Shown here piece by piece: positions 18,913 to 29,350 of a stretch of 64,000 nucleotides of DNA. The stretch's first letter is position 1; every line of letters starts with the position of its first letter. The notes beneath the pieces were generated by a model. The model did not search any database and was not told where the DNA came from. It saw only the letters and a program-made list of their open reading frames with translations. This DNA comes from Dehalococcoidia bacterium (lineage in GTDB: Bacteria > Chloroflexota > Dehalococcoidia > Lucifugimonadales > UBA826): the NCBI GenBank assembly GCA_029936675.1, contig JAPYSB010000002.1:194294-258293 (forward strand). The letters are read 5' to 3'. The position numbers were made by a program, and so were the translations under genes.

Positions 18913-19941
18913 TTGGGCTCTGTAATACAAAGCATAGTTGGCACCAGTGAGAGGGGGTATAGTGGCGACGGAGGCCTTGCCAAAGAGGCCACAATGGATA
19001 ATCCATTCCATGTAGACATTGATCCAACTGGAAAATATCTATATATCGCCGATTGTTTTAATTTCAGGGTGCGACGCTTAAATTTAGATTCTGGCATCAT
19101 CGAAAATTTTGCCGGCACTGGTTTACAGGGCCACACCGGTGATGGAGGATATGCCAAACACGCCTCAATAGATGAAATATATGCAATACAAGTAGACCAA
19201 ATCGGAAACGTTTTCATATGCCAAAGATTCAATCCATCTATAAGGGTGATCGATAAGTCTACTAATGAAATAAGAACTGTCGTTGGTACAGGTAGACCTG
19301 GTTCCGGAAAGGATGGTATTTCAGCAACCAAATCAGCAATGATAGAACCTAATGATTGTGCCATAGACAACGACGGCAACTTATTGATAGCCGATGTGCA
19401 AGATCAAAGGATCCGAAAATTTGATCCCAATACCGGGACTATTACCACCATAGCTGGAACTAAGGTCAAAGAACACACAGGGGATGAAGGCCCAGCAGTA
19501 AAAGCCGGCATATTTGGTGCGAGGGCAGTATGCACAGACAAAATTGGCAATATATACATTTGTGAAAGAGAGGGAAATACAATCCGAAAAATAGACACAG
19601 AAGGAATCATCAGCACTATCGCTGGAAGGGGGGAAAAAGGCTACACAGGTGATGGCGAAGATGCAAAATATGCCTTGCTCAATGGCCCTAAAGCCATAAG
19701 GTGTGACAATGATGGAAATATATTGGTGGTAGACACAGAAAATCACGCTCTCCGAATCATTTATAGAGAAAATAACATTATCGACACCATCGCGGGGGGA
19801 ACCTTAGGATCAGGGGGAGATGGCGGCCCTTCTACCATGGCTGGGCTCGCCCGGCCTCATGGTGTAGTAACTGGTCTTTCTGGAACAATTTACATAGCTG
19901 ACAGCGAGAATCATCGTATAAGAACAATTTACTATCATTAG
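18913..19941 (+). CDS. NHL-repeat (six-bladed beta-propeller) protein
   Basis: Repeated G(T/Y)(T/S)GDGG.A..A...P.....D..GN.(Y/L)IAD..N..IR units. TTG start. Confidence 0.8.
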   Translation: MGSVIQSIVGTSERGYSGDGGLAKEATMDNPFHVDIDPTGKYLYIADCFNFRVRRLNLDSGIIENFAGTGLQGHTGDGGYAKHASIDEIYAIQVDQIGNVFICQRFNPSIRVIDKSTNEIRTVVGTGRPGSGKDGISATKSAMIEPNDCAIDNDGNLLIADVQDQRIRKFDPNTGTITTIAGTKVKEHTGDEGPAVKAGIFGARAVCTDKIGNIYICEREGNTIRKIDTEGIISTIAGRGEKGYTGDGEDAKYALLNGPKAIRCDNDGNILVVDTENHALRIIYRENNIIDTIAGGTLGSGGDGGPSTMAGLARPHGVVTGLSGTIYIADSENHRIRTIYYH

Positions 19942-19950
19942 GAGAACGAT

Positions 19951-20841
19951 ATGCCCGACTCTTTCTACGGAATGCATTGGATGCTAGCAACCCCTTTCGA
20001 CCAAAAAGAAGAGGTCGACTATGAATCAATACCGAATTTAGTGGCCGAGGCAATATCCTCTGGTTGCACAGGAGTTGTTGGTTTAGGAGTGATGGGTGAA
20101 GCTGCACGTTTATCCGACAAAGAGCGAACGAAGATTGCTGAAACAATCATAGATGCTGCAGGCAATCTACCTGTGACTTTAGGAACCACAGCTAACGGGA
20201 CAAAAGCAATGATAGAAAGAAGTAAAGAGGCTGAACAACTGGGCGCGGCGGCAGTAATGGTTTCAGCACCTTCTATGCCAAAGGCCAACTTGGATGCCTT
20301 ATTCGGATATTACTACCAACTGGCAGGACAAATATCTATCCCCATCGTAATGCAAGACTACCCGCAGACATCTGGAGTGGAAATGCCTGTCGATTTTGTA
20401 GTCAGGGTAGCGAACGAAATCCCGAATGTGAAATACCTCAAACTCGAAGACCCACCAACCCCGACAAAAATAAGTGCTATACGTAATAAAATTCAAGACA
20501 GGTTAGGAATCTTTGGCGGGCTTGGCGGAGTATTTCTTCTGGATGAACTAAGAAGAGGTTCTATAGGAGCTATGACTGGATTTGCATACCCTGAAGTATT
20601 GGTAAAAATTTGCAACCATCATAAAACCGGGGCTTCTGATCTTGCCGAAAAGTTATTTTATGATCATCTTCCCCTTATACAATTTGAGCAACAGGAAGGG
20701 ATTGGTCTTGCCATTCGGAAAGCGGGTATCCATCATAGGGAGCTAATAAGTCATCCGATTGTTAGGCACCCTGCGGGTCAACTTGCTGAAAATACTTTTA
20801 ATGAGCTCCTTCAAATAATTAAAAGGGTCGGCCTAAAATAA
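19951..20841 (+). CDS. dihydrodipicolinate synthase family (class I aldolase/lyase) protein
   Basis: DapA/NAL-family length and pattern (GVVGLGVMGEAARLSDKER...). The specific substrate cannot be assigned. Confidence 0.78.
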   Translation: MPDSFYGMHWMLATPFDQKEEVDYESIPNLVAEAISSGCTGVVGLGVMGEAARLSDKERTKIAETIIDAAGNLPVTLGTTANGTKAMIERSKEAEQLGAAAVMVSAPSMPKANLDALFGYYYQLAGQISIPIVMQDYPQTSGVEMPVDFVVRVANEIPNVKYLKLEDPPTPTKISAIRNKIQDRLGIFGGLGGVFLLDELRRGSIGAMTGFAYPEVLVKICNHHKTGASDLAEKLFYDHLPLIQFEQQEGIGLAIRKAGIHHRELISHPIVRHPAGQLAENTFNELLQIIKRVGLK

Positions 20842-20843
20842 AT

Positions 20844-21155
20844 CTATTCTTCTGATTCTATTGGATTAACAGTAACTCTATTCATCGAGACATCCCCAGT
20901 GTTTCTGAACTGATGCTCAACATCCTCAGGTACATGAACACAATCACCCTGTTTTATAGGATATTCCTCACCACCAAAAAACAATACCCCGGACCCTTCA
21001 GTGATAAAAGCCTGATGTTCCCATGGGTGGGTATGAAAAGGTGAAGATTCTCCAGGTGCATGCTGAACATAGAGCATCACATAATTTGGGACTCCATCAC
21101 TTTTACCTAAAATTGGATTAGAGTGATCTCTGTAATTTTTAATGACAGGTTTCAT
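20844..21155 (-). CDS. cupin domain protein
   Basis: 103 aa with cupin motifs (FHTHPWEHQAF...VPEDVEHQFRN). Confidence 0.72.
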   Translation of the reverse strand: MKPVIKNYRDHSNPILGKSDGVPNYVMLYVQHAPGESSPFHTHPWEHQAFITEGSGVLFFGGEEYPIKQGDCVHVPEDVEHQFRNTGDVSMNRVTVNPIESEE

Positions 21156-21178
21156 TTTTATTCCTTTGTTATTTGATT

Positions 21179-21916
21179 TTATCTTCTATAATAAATCCGT
21201 TTAAAGGCGTCTGCCTGTGGCATTCCTTTACCTTTACCTCTTTCTCCACGCCACTCCAGCATCCTTTCCAATACCTCATCATATGATTTACCACCCATCT
21301 GAGACACGTGAGCCGTTAGGGCTTTTATCGAAGTTTCCATATGGTCACTTATATCAACCCAAAGGTCAGGTTCGGGATGTCCCATTATCCACGCTTCTGC
21401 GACTTTATGAGGCTCAAATCCTTCTTCAATCAATTCGGGAAAAGTCATATGATCTCTGGCAGTTGGAAATATAGCAGAAAGGGCGGCATCGCCCGCAGTC
21501 ATGTGGTCTGGATGACCAGAGCCAAAACCGCCATCCAATATTCTCATGGGGTATTGGCAGATGACTACATCTGGTTTTTGTCGGCGGATTTCTCTGGCTA
21601 TGTCTTTTCTTAAATCTAGCGTAGGCTGTAAATAACTATCAGGATGCCCCAAAAAGGCGACATTCGATAAGCCTAAAATTTTTCCTGCATTCCCTTGCTC
21701 TTCCCTTCTAATCTCAGATAATTGCCCTTCCGTTATGTCTGGATCACTGCTGCCTTTACTCCCGTCAGTACACATAACATAGGCCATGTCCCAACCCTCA
21801 GCAACTAATCGAGCCACTGTGCCTGAACAACCATATTCCGCATCATCAGCATGAGCTACCACAACAAGCCCTCTTTTATATTCTTCAGGCCAATCTATTG
21901 AATGAGCCAATTTCAT
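21179..21916 (-). CDS. PIG-L family deacetylase (LmbE/MshB-like)
   Basis: VVVAHADDAEYGCSG and HPDH motifs. Confidence 0.8.
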   Translation of the reverse strand: MKLAHSIDWPEEYKRGLVVVAHADDAEYGCSGTVARLVAEGWDMAYVMCTDGSKGSSDPDITEGQLSEIRREEQGNAGKILGLSNVAFLGHPDSYLQPTLDLRKDIAREIRRQKPDVVICQYPMRILDGGFGSGHPDHMTAGDAALSAIFPTARDHMTFPELIEEGFEPHKVAEAWIMGHPEPDLWVDISDHMETSIKALTAHVSQMGGKSYDEVLERMLEWRGERGKGKGMPQADAFKRIYYRR

Positions 21917-21967
21917 CTCCTTTCTCTCGGTGTAATTAGAAATCCGCCGTTCAGTCTATCAGAGAGA

Positions 21968-23437
21968 TTAGTCTATTTTTAAGATGGAATCGGTGGCAGT
22001 TTGAATCAAATCCATCAGAGGTGAGGGATATACTCCCGCTAAAACCATAAAAACTAATAGTGCTATAAGAATCAATTTACTGTTGAATGAAACATAGATT
22101 ACTGAATCATTTGAAATTTTTTCAATATACAAATACCGAGCTACGGTGAGGTAATAGTATAGTGAGATTAGGCTCGCAACTATCGCCACCCCAACCATCA
22201 GTAAAAATCCCTGCGATGCTACAGCATTAAACAGATAAAATTTACTAGTGAAACCAGCAAACACAGGCATACCTGCTAAAGAAAACAGAGAACAAACCAT
22301 CACCAAAGCTACTAAAGGTTGCTTTGAAGCAAGTCCTGAAAGACCTTGAATATCCTCTCTACCAGTACTGTTGTAAACAATTATTAAGCAGAAAAAAATC
22401 GCAAAATTTGTTGCCCCATAGGCAACCATATGAAAAATCAATCCATTCGAAACTAAATGGGTAAGGTCCTTACTTACAGTACCATCATCGCTGACCCCGA
22501 CCAATGCCGCCAAACCCATGAGTAGATACCCGGCATGTCCGATGCTGGAATAAGCTAGTAGGCGTTTCATATTTTTTTGAACGAGTGCTAATAAATTGCC
22601 ACCTATCATAGTAAGAACTGCCAAGATCATTAGGATAGGCTGCCAATCAGGAGCAAGAGGGAATATGCCGTTGGTGAAGAATCTAATAGCCAAAGCAACA
22701 ATCGCCACTTTCGAACATACGGACAACCAAGCCGTTATTGGTATAGGCGCCCCCTCATAGGCATCAGGAGCCCACATGTGAAACGGCACAGCAGCCAGTT
22801 TGAATGCTATTCCAGCCAGAATCAAAACGAACCCGATGAGCATTCCAATCGATATGTTTTCCATCGAGTTAAGTAAAACGGCAATTTCATTAAATCTAGT
22901 GGTTCCTATCAACCCGTATGTTTGACTCAAGCCATATAGAATCAAAGCCGAGGAAAAAGCCCCTAAAAGGATAAATTTGACCCCTCCTTCATTTGAAGCA
23001 GGGTTATATCGGTCATATGCGACTAACACATATAGGCCGAAGCTTAAAATTTCTAGGCTGACATAGGCTGTTAGTAACTCACCGGATGAAGCCAACGATA
23101 TTGATGCCAAAATAGTGAAAATCAAAATAGCGTAGTATTCACCGGGATTTGAAACATTAGAGTCCACATAATCTCGTGATATAAGTGTCACTACTATTCC
23201 AATAGCTAGAAAAAATATCCTGAAAAAACTCGCATACCCATCGATTATCAACAAGCCTTGGTATAGATCACCTTGCTGGTTCATAAACAAGGCTATTCCA
23301 AGTATGAAAGCCATTCCGATGGCGGAGACCCAATTCAACAAATATTTTTCTTTCTCCGATAAGAAAAAATCTACCGTCAGAACAAGAAACGCAAGCCCAA
23401 TTAGAAAAAATTCTGGATATATCAAGTGAAAGTTCAT
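21968..23437 (-). CDS. nuoN: NADH-quinone oxidoreductase subunit N
   Basis: 489-aa polytopic antiporter-like subunit. It is the last gene of the nuo operon, with a 4-nt overlap with nuoM. Confidence 0.9.
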   Translation of the reverse strand: MNFHLIYPEFFLIGLAFLVLTVDFFLSEKEKYLLNWVSAIGMAFILGIALFMNQQGDLYQGLLIIDGYASFFRIFFLAIGIVVTLISRDYVDSNVSNPGEYYAILIFTILASISLASSGELLTAYVSLEILSFGLYVLVAYDRYNPASNEGGVKFILLGAFSSALILYGLSQTYGLIGTTRFNEIAVLLNSMENISIGMLIGFVLILAGIAFKLAAVPFHMWAPDAYEGAPIPITAWLSVCSKVAIVALAIRFFTNGIFPLAPDWQPILMILAVLTMIGGNLLALVQKNMKRLLAYSSIGHAGYLLMGLAALVGVSDDGTVSKDLTHLVSNGLIFHMVAYGATNFAIFFCLIIVYNSTGREDIQGLSGLASKQPLVALVMVCSLFSLAGMPVFAGFTSKFYLFNAVASQGFLLMVGVAIVASLISLYYYLTVARYLYIEKISNDSVIYVSFNSKLILIALLVFMVLAGVYPSPLMDLIQTATDSILKID

Positions 23438-24981
23438 CCAGCCCCCACAATTTGAAGAAGAACCGGCTCAACACCACTTTCAATTACTTTCACAAATGGA
23501 AACGGCCAAAGGCCCACTAGTACAACAAAAATGACTAAAATACCTGCCGCAAATTTCTCCCTTGGTGTCAAATCCAAATATTCTGGCAAAGTATCATCAG
23601 GTAGACCAAAAAATACTTTGGATAGCAATCTCAAAATATATACCGCTGTGATCGCAGCTCCAATCACAGCAAGGGATCCCAAAATAATGCCCCAGATCTC
23701 ATAACTTTGAAATATACCAATAAATATCAATAGTTCTGCGGCAAATCCACTAAGCCCAGGTAGGCCAAGAGAAGTTAAACCTGCTAGAGTAAACAAGACA
23801 GCTATTGTTCCCATCTTCTTTGCCAATCCGCTAAGTACTAAAGAATCCCTTGTATGTGTACGTTCGTAAATCATTCCTACCACGGCAAAAAACAAAGCGG
23901 TCATAACCCCATGGGAAAACATTTGCAACACAGCTCCATTCAATCCCACAAGACTCAATGTACCTAGTCCCATTAATACGTAACCCATATGACTAACTGA
24001 TGAATAGCCTATGACATATTTCAGGTCCGTCTGACCCATGGCTGAAAGAGCACCATAAATCACATTAACCGCCCCGAGTCCTATCAATAACGGCATCCAG
24101 ATCTGAGCCCCTTCTGGCAAAAGGGTCATTCCAACTCTAATTATGCCGAAAGCCCCCAATTTCATAAGGACACCGGCATGAACCATACTTACAGCAGTAG
24201 GCGCAGCCACATGACCATCTGGTGACCATGTATGAAAAGGCCATAACCCAGCCAGTACTCCAAACCCAATCATAAGCATCAAGAAAAAAGCACTTTGGAA
24301 TTCCGAAGAGAATTTATCAGGAATTACTTTTTGGATTTCATCTATATGAAAGCTCCCTGTCCCAGACTGTACGAACATAGCGATTATGGCAACCCATATT
24401 AAAGCACTCCCCGCAACAAGAACTAAGGTCAGTTTCATGGCGCTGTATTCTTTGGTCCTTTCAAAAGAAGAGAACTTACTGTTACTACCCCATTTACCAA
24501 TAAGCAGGTACATCGGAAGAACGGACAATTCATAAAAGAAAAAGAAAAAGAAAAGATCATAGGAAATGAAAACGCCAAAAACCCCTGACAGTAACAGAAA
24601 ATATAGAATGAAGAAATCTTTATTATTTACATTAATATTCCACGAAATCACAGTACCGGTGAACATAACAATACCTGTCAAAAGTACCATCATTGCAGCA
24701 ATACCATCTATCCCAACCGACATGGATATGGCTCCTTGAGATTCTCCCCAAGGCCCTATTAAAGATAGCCATTCATATTCATAAATAAATTGTCTGCCAC
24801 CTTCTGAATGATCGAATGCTAAGAAAAAATAGAAAGATATAATCAAGACGGTGAAAGCAAAAATTGTAGAAACCCAGCGGACAAGATTAGCTCTATGGCC
24901 TGGAATGAAGAATAAGATGAAGCAGCCTAAAATTGGTAACGCAACCAAACTTGCGGGATTGGAGAAACTGAGAAATTCCAT
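23434..24981 (-). CDS. nuoM: NADH-quinone oxidoreductase subunit M
   Basis: 515-aa antiporter-like subunit (WSPDGHVAAPTAVSMVHAGVLMKLG). 1-nt overlap with nuoL. Confidence 0.92.
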   Translation of the reverse strand: MEFLSFSNPASLVALPILGCFILFFIPGHRANLVRWVSTIFAFTVLIISFYFFLAFDHSEGGRQFIYEYEWLSLIGPWGESQGAISMSVGIDGIAAMMVLLTGIVMFTGTVISWNINVNNKDFFILYFLLLSGVFGVFISYDLFFFFFFYELSVLPMYLLIGKWGSNSKFSSFERTKEYSAMKLTLVLVAGSALIWVAIIAMFVQSGTGSFHIDEIQKVIPDKFSSEFQSAFFLMLMIGFGVLAGLWPFHTWSPDGHVAAPTAVSMVHAGVLMKLGAFGIIRVGMTLLPEGAQIWMPLLIGLGAVNVIYGALSAMGQTDLKYVIGYSSVSHMGYVLMGLGTLSLVGLNGAVLQMFSHGVMTALFFAVVGMIYERTHTRDSLVLSGLAKKMGTIAVLFTLAGLTSLGLPGLSGFAAELLIFIGIFQSYEIWGIILGSLAVIGAAITAVYILRLLSKVFFGLPDDTLPEYLDLTPREKFAAGILVIFVVLVGLWPFPFVKVIESGVEPVLLQIVGAG

Positions 24982-26855
24982 TAATTACTGACCAATATCC
25001 ACATAACAGCCATGAAGAATATACCCATTCCCATTGCAGCGCCGTAATTGTACAACTTACCCGTCTGAATTAGCCTCACCTTAAAGGCAGAAAGCAATAC
25101 GGACATCCCCATGCCATCAACTCCAGTGTCGTTAACGACAACTCGGTCGAAGATAGAAATAAATCGGGCCGCTGACAACACTATTTTATCTATTACCCAT
25201 TGATAAAATTCATCTATATAGAATTTAGATAAGGTCAACTTATATAAATAGCCGAACCTTAAAGCTACCAAATGATGCGAAATTTTAGGATATCCATAAC
25301 ACATATACCCAATTACTAGGCCAGCCAAAGTTATCAAAAGAGAAAGGGAAGTTATCCAAGGCGAGAGATGAAAATGATGCTTCGGGTCGATAAAATTACC
25401 CAATCCTTCAAAATCTCCGAATGGTAATGGAAGGGCCAATATGCCCAATACTGTTCCGAAAACAGCCAATATTACAAGAGGATAAGTCATTATCCGAGGA
25501 GATTCATGGGAGTTTTTCGCCCCTTCGCTTCGGTGTTCCCCTATAAAGATCACACAAAACAAACGAATCATGTACAGCGAGCTAAGAAAAACGCCGGCGA
25601 GGGTAATAAAGAGAAATATAGGCCCAAGCCCCTCATATATTGAGAGCAGCATTTCATCTTTACTAAAAAACCCACTCAGGGGGACTATTCCTGCTAGGGA
25701 CAAGCACCCAATTAAGAAGGTGACCCCAGTGGCAGACATATTTCGTCTTAACCCTCCCATCTTCCAACAGTCAGTCTCCCCATCCATCCCATGCATCACA
25801 CTTCCTGCTCCCAAGAACAGAAGAGCTTTAGAAAAACCATGCACCACTAAATGAAACATAGCAGCGGCTAGCCCGCCGGAACCTAAAGTTAGCATCATCA
25901 ACCCCAAGTGGCTTATGGTCGAGTATGCCAAAACTTTTTTTATGTCAGTCATTACCAAAGCGATTATTCCTGCAAACAAGAAAGTAAATAACCCAACCAC
26001 AGCAACAAGAGTCAAAAACCCTGGGACTATCTGCAACAAAGGCAGCATCCGAGCAATCAAATAGACCCCAGCGACCACCATAGTAGCTGCATGTATAAGG
26101 GCTGAGACAGGAGTTGGCCCTTCCATGGCATCAGGCAACCAAACATGAAAAGGAAATTGAGCTGATTTTCCCATTGCTCCTAGAAACAGCAGAAGGGAAG
26201 ACCATATCAAAGTAGATTCTGCTATAGCCCCATTTTGGGCTGCGTGAATTATGGACGGTATATGAAAAGTACCGGTTGCTTTAAACAACAATATAACGCC
26301 AATTAATAAGCCAACATCTCCCACCCTTGTGGTTATAAAAGCCTTCTTTGCCGCTTCTGATGCAGCTTTCTTCTCAAACCAAAACCCTATAAGTAAATAT
26401 GATCCCAATCCCACCAGCTCCCAGCAAAAATATAGGAAAAGCAAATTGTCAGCTAGAACCAAGGCCAGCATCGCCCCTGCAAACAAGGCGTGGACGGCAA
26501 AATACCATGAAATCCTAGGGTCACCCGACATGTACCCCACTGAATATATCTGGACAAGCAAAGATATGAACGTCACCAACCCCAGCATAACTATGGCAAT
26601 TTCATCGATTGAAAATCCCAAAGTTATGGACAAATCGTCAATGACAATCCAGTCAATGCTTACGCTTGATGGATTAAACCCAGTAGAGATGAAATCAACA
26701 AATATCAAACAGAAAAAAATAAACCCTAATAGGGCCGCTGCTATGGGCAGAAAGATTCCTTTATACGGAAGGTTTTTACCAAACAAACTAGTTATGCAAA
26801 AAGCAATAACTGCCAACCCAGGTATTATCCATGCATATTCAGCACTCAAGATCAT
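24981..26855 (-). CDS. nuoL: NADH-quinone oxidoreductase subunit L
   Basis: 624 aa with WLPDAMEGPTPVSALIHAATMVVAGVY and a long C-terminal extension typical of NuoL. Confidence 0.92.
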   Translation of the reverse strand: MILSAEYAWIIPGLAVIAFCITSLFGKNLPYKGIFLPIAAALLGFIFFCLIFVDFISTGFNPSSVSIDWIVIDDLSITLGFSIDEIAIVMLGLVTFISLLVQIYSVGYMSGDPRISWYFAVHALFAGAMLALVLADNLLFLYFCWELVGLGSYLLIGFWFEKKAASEAAKKAFITTRVGDVGLLIGVILLFKATGTFHIPSIIHAAQNGAIAESTLIWSSLLLFLGAMGKSAQFPFHVWLPDAMEGPTPVSALIHAATMVVAGVYLIARMLPLLQIVPGFLTLVAVVGLFTFLFAGIIALVMTDIKKVLAYSTISHLGLMMLTLGSGGLAAAMFHLVVHGFSKALLFLGAGSVMHGMDGETDCWKMGGLRRNMSATGVTFLIGCLSLAGIVPLSGFFSKDEMLLSIYEGLGPIFLFITLAGVFLSSLYMIRLFCVIFIGEHRSEGAKNSHESPRIMTYPLVILAVFGTVLGILALPLPFGDFEGLGNFIDPKHHFHLSPWITSLSLLITLAGLVIGYMCYGYPKISHHLVALRFGYLYKLTLSKFYIDEFYQWVIDKIVLSAARFISIFDRVVVNDTGVDGMGMSVLLSAFKVRLIQTGKLYNYGAAMGMGIFFMAVMWILVSN

Positions 26856-26865
26856 AGTTCAGATT

Positions 26866-27180
26866 CTAGCCCTTTAAGATATCCAATTCGTCAACATTAA
26901 CGTTGTTTTTATTCCTATAGAGCCTCAAAATAATAGCCATAGCCAAAGCTAGTTCTGCCGCTGCTATGGTGATGATAAATATTATTAGGACTTGCCCTAA
27001 ATTTCTGTGAGCTGATCCGAAACTTGAAAAGGCCGCATAGCCAATTAAATTAATGTTGACCGCATTAAGCATCAACTCGATTGACATTAATATGAGAACT
27101 GCACTTCTCCTAGCCAATACTCCATAAACTCCTATACAAAATAGGATCGCGGCTAATAACTGAAAATAGATTAGCTCCAT
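26866..27180 (-). CDS. nuoK: NADH-quinone oxidoreductase subunit K
   Basis: 104-aa three-TM protein at the conserved position between nuoJ and nuoL. Confidence 0.88.
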   Translation of the reverse strand: MELIYFQLLAAILFCIGVYGVLARRSAVLILMSIELMLNAVNINLIGYAAFSSFGSAHRNLGQVLIIFIITIAAAELALAMAIILRLYRNKNNVNVDELDILKG

Positions 27181-27671
27181 TACTTATCTTCCTCATTATC
27201 CCTACGAACTATAACTACTGCTCCTATAAGGGCAATTAGCAGTACTAAAGATGCAAGTTCAAATGGTATGGCCCAATCTGAAAACAAACTCAAACCCAAT
27301 TCAGATATATCGGTACTTCCCATTGTAGTGGCGGTACTGTCTCCGACCAAAACGGAAATTGCCAGTAAGCCGAGCAGGCACATTGCCACTATCAATGCTA
27401 TTGGCCATTGCTTGTTTGTTGTCAAAAATTCGAAATCTTGAATCCTGGTTAACATGAGTGAGAATAGAATCACGATTACAACAGCTCCTCCATATATCAG
27501 AAGCTGCACTAATGCCAAAAACTCCGCAAGCCCTATTAGAAATATGCCAGCAGTTCCTATCATCGCGATCAGCAACGATAGGGCAGCATAAACAATATTT
27601 CGTGCAGCCACAACTCCGATCCCACCTGAAATAACCAAAATAGCTGCAACCGTAAAAAACACTACTGACAT
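27180..27671 (-). CDS. nuoJ: NADH-quinone oxidoreductase subunit J
   Basis: 163-aa membrane subunit at the conserved operon position, with 1-nt overlaps at both ends. Confidence 0.85.
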   Translation of the reverse strand: MSVVFFTVAAILVISGGIGVVAARNIVYAALSLLIAMIGTAGIFLIGLAEFLALVQLLIYGGAVVIVILFSLMLTRIQDFEFLTTNKQWPIALIVAMCLLGLLAISVLVGDSTATTMGSTDISELGLSLFSDWAIPFELASLVLLIALIGAVVIVRRDNEEDK

Positions 27672-28210
27672 TAAGAGGAATCCTCGGATTGCTTTGGGGG
27701 CAGTGGTACCCCACTATTTTTTTGTGGTTGCTTTGGAGTCCACCCAAGTTTATTTTGATAAGCAACGCCCATATCCAACAATTGATTCAAACCAACTCTG
27801 TTTGCGTTTCTTTGATATTTGCTCAATTCATACTCGTGGGACATTTCAATCGCATCAAAGTTGCACACATCAACACAGATGCCACACAAAATACACCGTC
27901 CTAAATTTATTTCGAAGCTTTCTATGATTTTACGACGCCTACTCAGGTCTTTTTCATGCTTGGGATTATCTTTCATTTGAGCCGACATACACTGGGTAGG
28001 GCATTCTCGAACACATACCATGCACCCCGTGCAGTATGGTTCCTCGACATCATAATCCCAAGTTAATGCCGGAAACCCCATATATCTGTTCGAAAGAGCT
28101 AGACGTTTTTCAACCGCAGGGTACTCAGCAGTCACTGGACGCCTTAGAGTAGACCTTATGGTGACCATAAGGCCATTCATAAAACCAACCACTGGGCTAT
28201 GTATTTTCAT
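27671..28210 (-). CDS. nuoI: NADH-quinone oxidoreductase subunit I (2x[4Fe-4S])
   Basis: Two ferredoxin motifs, CTGCMVCVRECP and CILCGICVDVCN. Confidence 0.92.
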   Translation of the reverse strand: MKIHSPVVGFMNGLMVTIRSTLRRPVTAEYPAVEKRLALSNRYMGFPALTWDYDVEEPYCTGCMVCVRECPTQCMSAQMKDNPKHEKDLSRRRKIIESFEINLGRCILCGICVDVCNFDAIEMSHEYELSKYQRNANRVGLNQLLDMGVAYQNKLGWTPKQPQKNSGVPLPPKQSEDSS

Positions 28211-29350
28211 CTATACCTCAGTCCTATTTGAAAGCTGAGCTCTTATATCACTAGTTTTTATAATCTTCACAGTATTTTGGTTATGTCCAGATAGAGATCC
28301 TCTCCTTATAAAATAAAAAATTGCACCTATGACACCTAAAGATACGACTGTGATAACCCAGTCTGGCAAAGCATAATAAAGTACCGAGGCGGTAATAAAA
28401 ATGTTAATAAAGGATGCCGGAACTAGTATCTTCCACCCAAAAGACATAAGTTGATCGATCCTCAATCTTGGATATGTGCCACGAATCCAAAATATGACCC
28501 AGATCACAAGGACGGTTTTTATTAGGAACCAGCTGAGTGAAGCCACAGTATGGATAGTTCCACTGAAAGGTAATGCAGGGGATTGCCAGCCTCCAAGAAA
28601 TAGCAGTGCCGTCAGAACTGCAATAGTAAACGTGTTCATATATTCGGCAAGATAAAAGACTGACCAATGCGCTCCACTATATTCCACAAATGGGCCACCA
28701 ACTACCTCAGATTCTGCATGATGAATATCGAAAGGAGTCCTTCCTAATTCCGCTAATCCCGCTGTAAGAAAAATAAATAACCCCAATGGTTGTTTAAAAG
28801 CAAAAGGCCATCTGGCCTGATCATCAACTATTTCCTTCAGATTAAAAGACTGGGCTAAAATTCCGATCGACAAAATAGCCATGATGAATGGAATCTCATA
28901 GCTTATAAGCTGGCCGGCTGCCCTCAACCCTCCTATCATTGCCCACTTATTAGCTGAACCCCACCCAGCCATTAGTAATCCCATAACAGACAATACCGAA
29001 ATAGCAGTTATATAAAACAAACCCATATCCAAGTTTGCGAGTACAACTTCCTTCGCCAACGGAATTGTCACCCAAATCAAAAACCCTGGAAGAAACACAG
29101 CAAGGGGCGCAACCCAAAAAACTCGCTTATTGGCAGATGCTGGTAGGATATCTTCTTTGGTAAGCAATTTTAAAGCGTCAGCAAATGGCTGAAGAATTCC
29201 TTTAAACCCCACCCTGTTAGGGCCTTTTCGTTGCTGTATCCGGGCTAATGCCTTTCGTTCAGCCAAAGTCAAAATAAGAACCACAATAAGGATAAAAACA
29301 AGTAATAAAGATGCTTTCAAAAACAAGCCTATGATTTCAGGCAAATTCAT
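28211..29350 (-). CDS. nuoH: NADH-quinone oxidoreductase subunit H
   Basis: 379-aa polytopic NuoH/ND1-like protein (RKGPNRVG..., GLAELGRTPFD). Its start overlaps the nuoD stop (ATGA). Confidence 0.92.
   Translation of the reverse strand: MNLPEIIGLFLKASLLLVFILIVVLILTLAERKALARIQQRKGPNRVGFKGILQPFADALKLLTKEDILPASANKRVFWVAPLAVFLPGFLIWVTIPLAKEVVLANLDMGLFYITAISVLSVMGLLMAGWGSANKWAMIGGLRAAGQLISYEIPFIMAILSIGILAQSFNLKEIVDDQARWPFAFKQPLGLFIFLTAGLAELGRTPFDIHHAESEVVGGPFVEYSGAHWSVFYLAEYMNTFTIAVLTALLFLGGWQSPALPFSGTIHTVASLSWFLIKTVLVIWVIFWIRGTYPRLRIDQLMSFGWKILVPASFINIFITASVLYYALPDWVITVVSLGVIGAIFYFIRRGSLSGHNQNTVKIIKTSDIRAQLSNRTEV

Noticed and set aside
18819-19379. 186-aa minus-strand ORF overlapping the NHL-repeat gene
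   Set aside because: It is antisense to a frame with clear repeated NHL units. It has no recognisable motif and no SD. It is a shadow ORF.
27301-27765. 154-aa alternative-frame ORF over nuoJ/nuoI
   Set aside because: It is on the same strand but out of frame with conserved nuoJ and nuoI. Its Cys/Arg-rich composition is typical of off-frame translation.
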